A DNA stretch of 64,000 nucleotides, from assembly GCA_900088475.1 (NCBI GenBank), contig FLMG01004137.1, positions 62,001 to 126,000 on the forward strand, in the 5' to 3' direction. The notes under the pieces are model-generated. The model ran no database searches. It was not told the origin of the DNA and saw nothing but the letters and a program-made list of their open reading frames with translations. Both the position numbers and the translations under genes were made by a program. This stretch comes from Hyphochytrium catenoides. Taxonomy: Eukaryota; Protista; Hyphochytriomycota. Below, piece by piece: positions 38,532-51,500 of the stretch (positions within the stretch are counted from its first letter, which is position 1; each line of letters begins with the position of its first letter).

Positions 38532-40737
38532 ATGGATCTACTTTCAACTTCCCTGGCAAAGTTCAAGGCTGAGTTTGACGTCGAGGTTGAGAGATACTTT
38601 GAGTCTTGTTTTGGTCGTGAGAGGTTCCAGCGATTGCGAAGCACTCTGACGATACCTCCGAAGACCACTTCTGTGCGTGTCAATACTCTTAAGGCAACGA
38701 GACAAGAAGCTGTGAGTGATGGTCCTCTCGCTGACAGCAGCTGAATGTGACCAGTTACTCCGTAGATTAGAGCACTTCAGGTCGCTCTGGACGAGGATAA
38801 TAGGAGACTTGTTGCATCAGACCGCACCCCCTTTCAAGTCACTGTAGGTTTAGCGCCGGTATACCTGCTTTGTTAATCTCTATACTACTAGTCTAATGGG
38901 CCTGAGATGCTCTAGGAATCCAAGCTTTTCCCTGAGCTCATTACTATATCCTCCAGCCCCTCAAAGGTGCCATTAGACGAGTCTAGTGAGGGACCCAAAG
39001 TAAGCTCTCCCGATTAGTTTGGCTCAAGTCTTATCCAGCTCACCAATCAAGCGTTCATGGGAACACAGGTTGTGGTAGACCGACTGTGCGGGGAAGCTGT
39101 ACTTCGAGGTAGTGATATTTTTTGCTGCGGTGTAATCTCCACTACACCAGCCATCGCAGCCGGGGATAGAGTTCAAGTTTTGGTGGATATTGACGGCGGG
39201 TTTACGAGGGGAACCCCGTTCAGTCAGCATCATGGTCGAAAGGTGATCTCTAGTCATTTCTATGAGCGGTCGCTTTGCTTTTCTCCTTTGTATTCGTTGC
39301 ACTAACGGAGTCAGTTGGGACGACTGATCACCAACTGCTCGTCCTGTTATCTATAGATATTCATTGGCTACGGAATGGCTGCTGTTCCAAGGACTATGAT
39401 GTTCACACAGCAAAGAGGGGTGGGCATCAAGGTATGAGATACGAAGACCAAGAAGTGTTGTTTCAGGCCCTTGAAAGCTGACCCACACCGAGACAGGTTA
39501 CAGAGCGAGTTGTGGCAGATGCCCCTGCTCTAAATGGCATTCTACCTGATCTTATTTATCCGCAGAATCTACCTTCCTTAATAGCCGTATATGCCCTGGA
39601 CCCACAGCCGGGAGAGGCAATCATAGATCTGTGTGCCGGTCCGGGTGGCAAAACCTCACACGTTGGCGCCTTTATGCAAAATCAGGGCCTTCTGGTAAGT
39701 AGGTGCCTTGTGCTTAAGATTTGACGTCAAAATAACGCCAACGGTTGATGGTCGCTTAGGTAGCGTGTGACAGGAGCCGTAGAAAGGCGGAAGAGATAGC
39801 CTCACTGTGCCAAAGGTTTGGGATCACTAACCTCGTGGCCCTAAGTGTTAGTCCTTGGTGTGTTCGTTATCGCCCCGTCCATTGTTGAGAGGATTATTTT
39901 CGTAGAAGGACTCTCGGAAGCTGGTACTGAGCCGAGACTTTAACGGCGGAATAGCCGTCCAACCTCTGGAACTGGTTGCAAGGGCGCAACAGCTGTCCTT
40001 GAAGCCATCACAAGTGCTAGAGATTGAAGGCTTCTGCGCTGAGACATTTGACCGTGTACTTTTAGACCCGCCTTGCTCAGCGTTAGGATTAAGGCCTCGG
40101 CTCAGCCATCGGGACTTTTCCATGGCAAACATGCAGCAGCTTGTAAGGTGTGGACGAGCGTATTTTCCTTTCCCAATAACCAAGAGAACTGAGTCACTTC
40201 AGTATGCAGAGGAACTTGTTCTGGACCGCTGTGATGCTTCTAAAGCCAGGAGGAATCTTAGTCTACTCTACCTGCACATTCAACCCTGGAGAAAACGAAG
40301 AGATGGTGAGGTGCAGGATCTTTTTAGAGAAAAAAGAGTGATCCAACAGCTAAATGTGCACTATCCGCTAGGTTAAAGAAGCCCTCGAACGCTATCCGAT
40401 AGAGCTGGTTGAGATCACTCCGAAGCTGGCGTTTCATGAAAGGAGCAGCTTCTGCGGCCTGAGTGAGTCGGAGCTAGGGTAAGATTTATGTGCATTTGGC
40501 CCTTTCTCTTCTAGCCCTGAGCTCTCTAGTTCTTGAGTCTTTAATGTCGTAGTCCAAACCACCGTTGACCTAACTTCTTTTCTATGCAGGCTCGTCCAGA
40601 GATTCGACCCTGACGGGGCGCTGGATTCCATCGGATTCTTCATAGCCAAGTTTCGAAAGTACAGCTCCATCAGAGATCCTGAAGCTGTTGAGCGATATCA
40701 TAAGGGTCGAGCTGCATTGGACCGTGGAGCTGGCTGA
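38532..40737 (+). CDS. NSUN6: NOL1/NOP2/Sun-family RNA m5C methyltransferase with PUA domain (NSUN6-like); multi-exon
   Basis: [28 protein letters not shown] (PUA), [49 protein letters not shown]. Confidence 0.9.
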
Positions 40738-42571
40738 GGAGTCTGAAAGTTTATGCCCTATATTCCATTCTGCCGTCGTTCTCTGGAGCGCTATAGAGCT
40801 TTATGCATGAATGTCATAGGACACGTATAGAACAAAACTCTAGCAACTATTTTCTTATAACTCTTATAAAGGTGCTACCCCATAGGGATGGCGCTGGACT
40901 CCACGATGCCATCAACGCCTACAACCTCTAAGCATCTGCGGTGGGGAAAGATGCCAGACTTCTGGAGAAACGCATCACGATCAGGGAAGCTTCCTTACTC
41001 ATTTTGAAGAGGAAGATGAGATGAACTAGTTCTCTCAGCAATGTACGACGGGATGTCTTACATAGTAGTTAATTCATAGTAGACCTAACGTTTCGTCACC
41101 ATCGAGAGATTGTTGAGTGATATTCAAATATCTTTGTTAAGTGGACATAGGAAGGGCAAGTGCCGCAGCTCGAACGGACGCCGATTCCTCTACCAGCTAT
41201 ACGCCGCCCTCTTTGGAGGCTCTTTCATGGAGAAGTGGTACAAGAGCTGATGAGAAAGTGTCGCTGATGTCACATGTCAAGGATCGCCAATCGCAACCTT
41301 TCACATGGCGTCCACTAGTTCTACTATTTATTATCCACTACACTACTTAGCTCTTGTATTCCCTAATACCGCTAACGCCTATTTTTATTGGAGGATCAAA
41401 CAAAGCCCGACAGCTCTGGAAAAGAATTGGTTGGTTGTGAATGTGATGTCTTGAGGTGCCAGGTGTTGCATACATCAGTCAGAGGTGTGGCGCACGATGG
41501 TCTCAGACTCCAGAACGGACTTCCGAACTTCCTGATGAGGGACACTTGCAAGTAGAGGCTCCAGGAATCCCGTCAGTGAGCACATACAAAGGCAATAACT
41601 TGACTAGGCCTGCCGTGCAAATTGGTGTGTGGACCTTGCTTTTATAAAAATACTACGGCAAGGCCCCACAGAGCCACGGCGTTGGCTTCTCTCCTTTGCT
41701 GCATGAAGAGATGGATGCTTTATCGCTTGACATTTAGTCTTTCTGTTGAATGCTAACACGATACCTACTTTGTGATGGAGGAAGTGTCATCTCACACCCG
41801 CACGTCTAACAAAGAAAAGATTCCTCCTTCTCGTTGATTGCTGTTGGCCATTAATTTTAAGAGTCGATTGTTAACTTGTTAACGTTCGTGACGTCTCCCC
41901 GCCCCTGCCCTAGCAGGGCCAGACAGCAGAGGCTTGCCTCCGTCTAGGTGAGGAATAGTTTCTCTTCTTCCTTTGTCAAGATGCTGTGATGATGTTGCAA
42001 AATAGATGTTAGACTACTGAAGAACATTGTCGACTACCTTACTTGCACCTGAACAGCTCTTTGGCCTTGCGACCCGTGCGGTATAGCTGCCTTGTCTTCC
42101 GCCACCATCTTGCTGCACATTTGCTGCTTTCTGGAGATTCGCCCGTTTTGTTGTCATTCACTAGCTTCAAGCTCCATGGTCACTACCTTCTGTCTATGGT
42201 CCTGGTTGGCGGGAAACCGGATAGAACGTCTTTTCTTCAATCTTTCCTCGTACGTACTTGAGGTTAACGCCATGTGATGTTTTTTATATTAGCTCTATCT
42301 GAAGCCCTTTTCGAAAGGAGCTCAGGTTGACATCATTATCCTGATGGCCTACCTCCTCCACCGTACTTGTGTCTTCAATGTGTTTGGCTCAACAACTAAA
42401 GGCACTGATCCCTAATGCATTTCTTTCTCTGCACTAGGCTGGAGTTGGAAGTTTGCAACAGCCCAAGTCGATGAATGGTAGGAGTCGAAGGTTGACAATG
42501 GACCGGATAAGAAGATAAATAGATAAAAGGACTCTGGCGCTTGGCTGCCCTGTACCACATAGCACCATATC

Positions 42572-45500
42572 TTACAGAGTGTAGTGTGTGATCCCGGTTT
42601 CCTGTTGGGATGGTGGCCGGGCATGGCAGAGAATAGTTAGCGAAGATGAGTAGACTAGCTAGGGAGAGTAAATTGCGGTGAATTGTACCTTCATGAACCA
42701 CTTATTGACTTCGCTTTCGTACTCTGCGGCCTTCTTGTTGGCTGGTAGGGCTTTGCTATACGGCTTAACCTTCTTCACGCTATCAACATAAGGGGCGACG
42801 ACAATAATCTATCGTGTAAGAGAAACAAAAGTATCATTCGGAAAGAATGATCTGCATCGAACCTCTCAATCTCGGCAGGATCCACTGCAAATGCTTTAGG
42901 TTCCGGCAGATACTTCTGCGAAACCTGTTTCTGCAGGACGAGAGCAGGGGAGCGTTTCCATTAGTTTAACAGTGACATAGCGCTTTCAGTGTAGCGCAGT
43001 GCGGGAACATTAGAAGACGGGGGGGGGCATCAATCGAGGCTCAGTGAACATCGATAACATCTGCAATATGATATCATCAGCATTTAACGTTTGGCAGGAC
43101 GGTACTTACAAAAGGAGCTGTGAACCCGGTGTAATACTGGCAATCTTCTAAGCGAACAAAGGCCGAAGCACCCTGAAGCAGCCTCTTCTGAAACTCTTTC
43201 TTCTTCAGACTGCTGTACACCCGATCTGCGATGCATCCATCAGCATGCAGTAAGCTCTTCAGGAGAAGCAGTGATAAAGCTGAGTGAGTCTTATTGCGGT
43301 GAGGGATTAAAAGGGATGGTGCATTTGATGCGAGTACCTTATCAAAAGGCCCAGCAATGAGAGGAAGCTGATAGGCTCCGCCAGCGACGTAGTGTCGACC
43401 AGCCAGAGGTGATTGAAAGATAGGGAGTACACCCCATGCGACTTCCTTCATACTCCAGCCCGTCTTCTTGTCCTCCGTAATGGCTCGGACGTCAATTATT
43501 AGTGACAGCTGGGGGTCTGGAAGGATATCCCGGTACACCTGTGCACAGCAGCAGAGCCTTAGCGAGACATGACCATCTTGGTTCCGTAATGTCTGCTCTG
43601 TTACTCAATCAATAAAGCTTGAATGGGCTTTTATAACCGCTCCACTATCTTATGGAAGGAATGTCGCGACGTTGCACGCTTACGTGAAAATCATCTTGGA
43701 AAGTTGGATGAAGCTGCGCAGAGTCCCAATCGATGGAGGTAGTAAACTCAACATCACCTGTCAGCTGAGGCTTCTGTAGTGTGTGTTAAAAGTGAGTGCA
43801 TGAGTGCAAGGCAGTGAAAGAAGACGATCCTTGCAGAAAGGATAGCAAGCAGATTTGCACAAAGGATAGCAAACAGAATAAAGAAGGCCAGACGTAGAGA
43901 GGGAGGTGACGATCTAATGAGAAAACTACGACCAGAGTGAAACATAGCCCCTTTCAAACAAGAACCAGGGACTCGTACCATGTAGTATGACCCTGGCGGA
44001 TGTAACGAGTAAATGACCTTAAACAAGGGGGACTTTTTGAACGCTCCAGGCGAAGGCATATTCTGCAAGCCATCTATGGCTACCTAGAGATGGCAAGGGG
44101 GCAAATGCAGGTAAATAAGGGCTAAATGAAAGATGATCAGAAACATTGGCGATTGACATTAAGAGCTACCCAAACTGAGAAAGAGGTCTAAAAAGGCGAC
44201 CCAACCTGGTCTCTTTCATACCTTGAAGCCAAGTTCTGAAGAATAGCAGCACATGTAAGTGTAGTCTAATTTGGCGGAGGGCTTGCCCTGCAGCATAAAT
44301 AAGGTTTTAGCTGTTGACACTGGTAGGATTACTTCTCGTTGTATGCCATAACTCCTTCCAGTTACGGCAGGCTTACCTCCATAACACGATTGATGAAGTC
44401 ATTCAGGAAAGCGTCGTCCGAAGAGTTTTTTGCTTCATATCCTGGCACCAGTGCTATTGCTTCCCTAATCATCGTCTCCTTCCTGTTTTTCTGTGGAGGA
44501 AGGAGATCAGAGGCAGTACTTTAGCGCTGCGTAGGGGTGTGAGATACTTACCCTCTTATCGAAAAGCTTCTTTTCCACCGGCGTGGGAATGCACCTTGTC
44601 GAGTCATAAGCCCCTGCAACGTACAGAGTCAAGCTAAGCACAATAGGTTAAGTGAGAAAATTAATGCCAAGTTGTCTTGCCTGTTGAGTACTCAGGGGCT
44701 TTTTTCCACATGCCACTGGCAATCAGCTCCTCCTTGGTTTTGCCATCCCCAGAAAGTGCCTTCAGTCCATCTTTACTCTATCGCGAGGGTACATTCAAGC
44801 ATAAGAGATAGAGAGACATGAATTAAATTTTAGCTACACAACGGGTTCATCCGGTCAGTACGAAGAGTAATGAGGATCATAGATGTTCCTCCACAGTTTG
44901 AAGATGTGAAAGTCTTGAAACATAAATGGCACGTTGTGACACACTTAGTCCCTCGGATCGGACCTTAGCAGCGGGCTCTAGTCTGACCAGGATGGAAGCG
45001 CAAGGGACTTTCAGTAGTGATTCCGCCGCCTTCTCCGAGAGTTCTCCAGTTCCCTGTGCGAAAGACACTGAATCAGTCTACGATAAGAGGGACATACAAG
45101 CAAGACGAAGAATCACAGGAGGCAAGAATGTGAGGAGCTTTTCCAGTCCCTTGGTGAGTTTAGGGGCAATCTGGTTCTCTTTTTTACGAAACAAGAACTG
45201 CACATGAACGCTCCAAAAGTCGCAGACCAGCCTAAGTTCTGTCGAAAATAGAGAAGAAAGAGAGGGGCCAACAGCGAAATAGAGCAAAGAGGGTCATGCT
45301 ATGCGTGCCCTGTCGGATACGCCTACCATTCTATAGATAATTGGTAGTTGAAATGCTCCAGCGTTAAGGACGTAGTCCTGGGACTTCGTCTTGTCTGGCT
45401 GCTTTCCAGTCATTGGATCCACAAAAACTGCCAGTAGAGAATATCCCACCATACAATGCACAGGAACAGCTTTGCTAGAGTCGACAGTCTCAAGAGTGAT

Positions 45501-48500
45501 GAACGCTGTACTAGTAGGATTGAAGCGTTCTGCTCGGAACTCCGACCGCTGTGAGATAGGTCCGATGAACGTTAGTGGCTCGAGAACAAACATAAGGGCC
45601 ATCAAGAAAGGTACATTCCGATGTGAGACCATAAATGAATGATATAACACATCGGCGGACACAAAATAGGTAGTGCGAGAACGGGAAAGACTTCTTGGGA
45701 ACTACTAAGAAGAGTAAATGTATGTCAGTTCTTACAAAGTCAAATCTTGGAGTAAAGATGGTTGAATCGAGGAGAGCATTCGACTCTCTCTTGCCCTCTA
45801 CCGCTGGTTTTCCTTCTGAAGTAAGTAGGCTGACAGTGATCTGTGTCACCGTCGTGTTATCCGGGAGATAACGACAGCCGTCAACATAGATATCGAATCC
45901 ATCCCCCTAAAGAGCTTGACTAAGTCATCTTTCGACGTAGCACATCATAATACGGAAGGAAGGAGTTCAAAATATTGTAAAAAGGAACAGCTAGGTAAAT
46001 TTAGGCAAAAGAGGTTGAAAAAGTAAGGATCATCCTCACGCAACTTCCATCTAAGCCTTAATCCTTACCGCCACAAACCAAGACAGAGGAGGCAGCTTGT
46101 TCTGTACAGTCAGAAACGGAGCTGTTTCCGGGTCTATCGGCTCTTCGGTTTCGAGTTTGGAGGGCGACTGTCCGCCTTTCTGCATAACCGGAAGGGGGGT
46201 GGCGGCCGGTCCTTGAAGAGAAACCCGCTGAGGCGTACGGGCAAGGGGTTGTGTGGCTTCTGTAGACACCGAACTCTTCCGGGTGACGAGAAACTTCAGC
46301 GCCATAGTGATAATCGCACTAGCACCGCCCATAGACGCCCCTATACCAACGAGTCCGGGGGCCAAGTGAAGGTCAGCACTGTGCTTAAAGATCCTTACAT
46401 TAATTGTCGCACATGTAAATGTGCTGTGACCATGCTAACGAGCGCAAGCTACGGGAGTCTTCGATCGAACTCTGCAAGAGTGATTCTATTGGAGAATGAA
46501 TCAAGCACACGAGCTTGCCCGATTCCTTACCTGGTTGTTCAGGTAGCTCTATTGTCCGATCTTTCTCGACGAAGTCGCCGCCTTCGAAGAGCGCTACGGA
46601 CGCTCCAAAGAGTACCTCTTTGGTCTTGTAGTCGAGGATAGCAATATTCAAGAAACTGCGGCTATCTAAGGGAAGAATAGCTTCCTTCTCATAGTTTAAA
46701 AGAAGTGTCCCAGCTTGCAGCGGATACTCTGGAGTCTGAAACAGTATTCTCTGATCTATCCTGCCCATAACCTAGATATAAAGTAGTATCAAGAAGGACA
46801 GTTGACAGAGACACACAATTACTAGGGGTGCAAGTGACGGGATATTGATCCTGAATACCGGTACCTGCACTGGATTTTGTATCTTCGCCGCTGTGAGTAG
46901 AGGGATGCGAAGGTCCCTCAGAGAAACGCTAAAGGGCGTGCCACTAGGAACTGGCGCTTCCTTGAACTACGACAAATGGACTTTAGGATGTACATAAATG
47001 ATAGCGACCTTAAACGGAGAAGGATCTCGTTCTTCGCTGACTCCCTGGGATGATGTGTTCTTTGTTTGCCTTTCCTTCCTTTGGCCTCATACCTACCTCA
47101 TGTTGTGTCAGTCCGCTATAAGCCGTCGCTATAAGCTTTATCGATTGCTTGTTTTCACTTCTCTCCGAGCCCGAGCTCAGAACTTTGGCCTCTGCAATCC
47201 GCTCCTCATTCCTATCTTGATCATCTTCCCGACCCTTGGTACTAGGTTGAAGCCTTAAGTTTGAGGTATCAGCCACTGCCATACTCTCGCTTCCCTTTCT
47301 CATACTCTCGCTTCCCTTTCTCGGTTGAGGTTCTATGGGCAGGCTGCTGTCAGGAGAAAGAGAGATAACTGGCGCTCGGGCATTGTCGAGGGATGGAATC
47401 TTTTCAGCGCTTGGTTTGCGGCCATCAAGGTATGCTGGATACTGGTACATGCCTATCAAGGATCGGGAAGTAGTGGAGATTAATGAAATATTTACGCCCT
47501 TATGAAGTCCCCACAGAGTTCCCAAGGCCGGCCACTCAATAAAAACAAGGTTTTGAACAAGCAGAGAGCAGTGGCAATGAGGGCAGTTTACGTATAGACA
47601 AATATGACTTACCTGATGTAGTGTTGGGGTCAATCCCTTCGTTGTCATCAACAAGACTAGGGTGTCGAACCCTAATGAATATGGAAGGGTATGGCGGAGG
47701 TGGAAATGATGGGAATTGTTCCAATACCTGGAATACAACCAAACAGGCGATAGAGTTGTTCCAGCAAGGAATGGTTCCAGCCAACAATGGTTCCACGAAG
47801 AGGCACCAGGGACCACAATGAAGGAGATGAGAGAAAAGGATAACGGAGAATTCCTGTAAGAGTTTATCGCGGAGTGACGAAGAGATAAAATGTCCTAAAT
47901 TGAATATCGTGGCTCAGCCCCGGTCAGTATAATAGACGCACGCATCCCAGCACTCAAGACAACAACTTTGATAGTAGAGTTCTCCCACCTGCGTCGCAAA
48001 ATTGGGTATGGGGGGTGGCTGAACGGGCACTTTAAATCTGCCTGTACTTAAGGCTACGTTGATGCTAGGACCATCTTGAGTTGGGCCTTCCTTACGGAAA
48101 AGGTCAACCACTGCCCAGCCCATTGTCTGCAGCTTTGGTGGCTCGGAGGGACCAGCAGATGGTGCGACGACCTTGCAAAGCTGGATATGGCAATCAAGAG
48201 GAAAATCTTAGAAAGCCCAATTCTCGTTTTGATGCTACTATAATCGTCCAGAACCACACCAAGTCAAGGCGTAGATGAATTAGCAGGTAAATCCCAGATG
48301 ACAAAAGCTAGGTGTTGGGGAGGGAACTCTGGATTGTAGAGAATCTACCTCCATGACGACGATCGTTCCCACGGCGGCCGGAACGCCTGCAAAGTTTCTC
48401 TTCACTGCAAGTAAACAGCTAGCAGGTAATATTCATAAGCTTTAAGGAACTAAATGGTTTGATCAGCTCTAATAGGTGGTACAACTGTCTCAACAAATCT

Positions 48501-51500
48501 CAGAGAGAGCAAGCATCCCCAGACGCTATCTCAGAGCTGGAGGAGGAGCTCTTACCTTCGAGTTGTTCCTGATGGAGCGACTTGCGAGGGCCTCATAGAA
48601 ATAAGCTTATGAGCAGTGAGAGAATTCGCTTTGTGGTATACAGCGTAGATTATCTGACATGAAAAACAGTTCCCAAGATTAGTAACTTAGTAGAAACAGA
48701 GACAGAAGTCCGAGTGAGAAGACGGACGAGGAGAAAGGAACCCCGGAATTCACTGCGAGGGGCACTACCTGAATATTTTTGACAGACAGGGGGAGATCCA
48801 GCACATAATCCCAGTAGATGTTAAAGCCCTCTTCAAAGTTGTAGGACCTTAATCCGGTACCCTCTGATACTGGGAGACGGAGGGAGGTCTTGTAAGTGAC
48901 ACACTTCTATGAACCACCAGACGAAGAGGCCGTGCCCAAGAAGTAAGACATGATACTGGTGCTAAGAAGCGGTAGTAGCCGCATAGCCAGAACTCATACA
49001 TGTTGTTGGTAAAGTCTGTGCCACGAGAGCCTTCATCTTGGCCGCAGCAAGGGAACGCTTTTGCTCCTCTACCCAATTCTCATATTCAACCTTCTTTGCC
49101 CTCTCCTTGGCCTGAGCTTCCATCTCCGCCTGCATTGCATCCATCTACAGGACAGGAGTTAACAATTTAACCCCAGACCAGCACTCGGCCAACAGATGAA
49201 ACGGCGAGCAGTGACATTCATCAAATAGCAGGTTGCCTTCGCTTGGACTGATATGCTCACACACCTCACTTCTCTTCTTTAATCTTTCCATTTCAAGCTG
49301 GAACTTGGCTTGCTCCTCCAAGTATCCCTCCTTTATGAGCCAGACAACAGATAAGTGAGTCGGATTCAGCAAGGAATTGGATCGAAGTGACAACATGTCA
49401 GGTCAGGGCAGACAGTGAAGTTATATATTTTCAGACCTGGATCTTTCGAAGGTTGGAGTCAGGGGGAAGAGCTCTTAGAACCTTTAGTCCTTCTTGTTGC
49501 TCTTTCCTATAGGAAGCCAAAGTCAAGGCATAAGCAAGAATCACTAACTTTATAACAAATTTTAAGCGTAAACTGACCAGAAAGCGGATAACTCTGGAGG
49601 TGGCTGTCCTGCATCAATATTTGATGGCACTGAGTTGTCTGCAACTTCCGTAGCCTAAACGGAAATACCATACGGAAGATTGAGTGAAGACTGAACCAGT
49701 GATATTAAGAACACGAGAGTAATGTGAAGAGGTTGGAAACGGGAAATGTTGTGTCACAAAATATAAGGCGGAGTTAGCAGTCGGGAGCGCCAAGAGTGCC
49801 ATTCGCAGTATTAGAGACCGCTACCATAAGGGTTTCACCATAAAACGGGATTCCCCCATAAATGAAAGGAAGAACGAGGAGTAAACCTCCGTAAGCTAGG
49901 AGAGGTGGCGGCGGCATCCCTTACGTTTAGTCTCCCCATTAGCTGTGCTATTCTCCTGTCACCGTTTTCCTGAAACGTAAGACCCTGCTGCTGTTCCAGC
50001 TCTTGCTAAAATAATAGGTGTCAGTTCTTAGATCAGTGTAGATATAAGTAATCGTAACGATAGGGAAAAGATGTATGAGAAGCATAGCGGCTGATAAAGC
50101 ATTGTGCAAGGGGCGGCAGTAGGCGGCGGGGGAATAGACACTTCCTCGATACGCAGGTTTCTTTCAAGGGTCCAGAGTGGCTGTATAACCGGATAGTCAA
50201 ATGTGATTAGGAACCTGGTGCGAACCTGCAATCTGGCATTTTCCATGTCAACAAGTTGTTGCTGCAAAAGGAGAACTTGCTGCTGCTGCTGCTGCTGCGC
50301 AACCTGCCAGGGTGGAGGCTCCATAGGGTAGTGCACTGGGTAACCATATATTCCTGGACCTGGGGATAGTGGAGACTTAGATTCTCTGCTCCTATACACG
50401 TTCTTTACTCACAACCAAGACACCCCCTTCGTGGATAGTCCCAAATGAGGCTTGCTCACAGTATCGCTCTCTGACGGAACAATTTTGGAGAGCCAACCTC
50501 TACTATGTCTTGGTGGCTCCGGTGCCATATGTTTGCCTTACATCAGCACTACGGAGCCTACCTGAAGGAACGGCATGAGGGAACATCTGGAACGGGGGAG
50601 CCCAAGGGGGAGGTTGTACCATCCCCATTCCTGAAGGCAGTGGCACCGAATAGTTCACTATATTCTCTCCTACAACCCCTTGTCCAGGTAGGGTCCCTAT
50701 TAACGGCTGGAAAGCGGCCGTCCCTAGTGCACTGGAATAATGAAGGGGCAAACCACCAGGAGGATTCTGGGCTGCCGACGCTACCGGGACGGACGTAGGT
50801 ACTGGCGCCGGCAGGATCTTAGGGGGTGCTTGTGGGATTTTATCCTCGCTTGCCTTATAGGATGCAGTCAGTGAGCCTGTCAAAGCATCGAAATGCGCCA
50901 ACAGTGTCCACTTTGGGTTACCTCATCCTCGTCCTCTTCCGTTATTGCCTTTGGGGGGGATTTTAGCAAGGAAGGTTTGCGTAGGGCTGGAAGTTGATCT
51001 CCTATGGCGGTGGGGATTGTGCATTGTGGGTCAGCAATGGACTCCCAGACGATGGGAGATTGAGTAAAAAAAGCAGAAGACATTTGAAGACGAAGAGAGA
51101 TTCCTTGTTTGTGGGTAGACTTACCTAAACTTATTACTGTACGCAATTGACCATCGGGGACCTTTGACCCCATTCCGGCCCCTCCCACCGAAAGAGGAAC
51201 AGACCACTGTCCTTTTCGCTCAACGTTGGCCGGCCACTGGCTTCCTAATCGTATACACACGAGTATATGAGAAGTGAGCTTACTAGTTTGGAAAGAAGAA
51301 GAGGTTAAAGCATGCTGAGCAGCCAAAGATTGGCTGTGCCTGAACCTTACTTGTGGTTTCTTGAGTTGTGTCCCTGACAAATGCAGCACCATTCTGACAC
51401 AATGGTTGGTCAGCTTCCGCTCTGCTGGCGTATTTCCGGGATCGAATACCCTACCTTAGCGGTCTCTAACCGTATCTTCTCGAGCTCTTCTTCTATAGCA

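Noticed and set aside
50278-50298. CAG microsatellite
   Set aside because: It is an ordinary short poly-Gln coding tract in the CCDC17-like gene.
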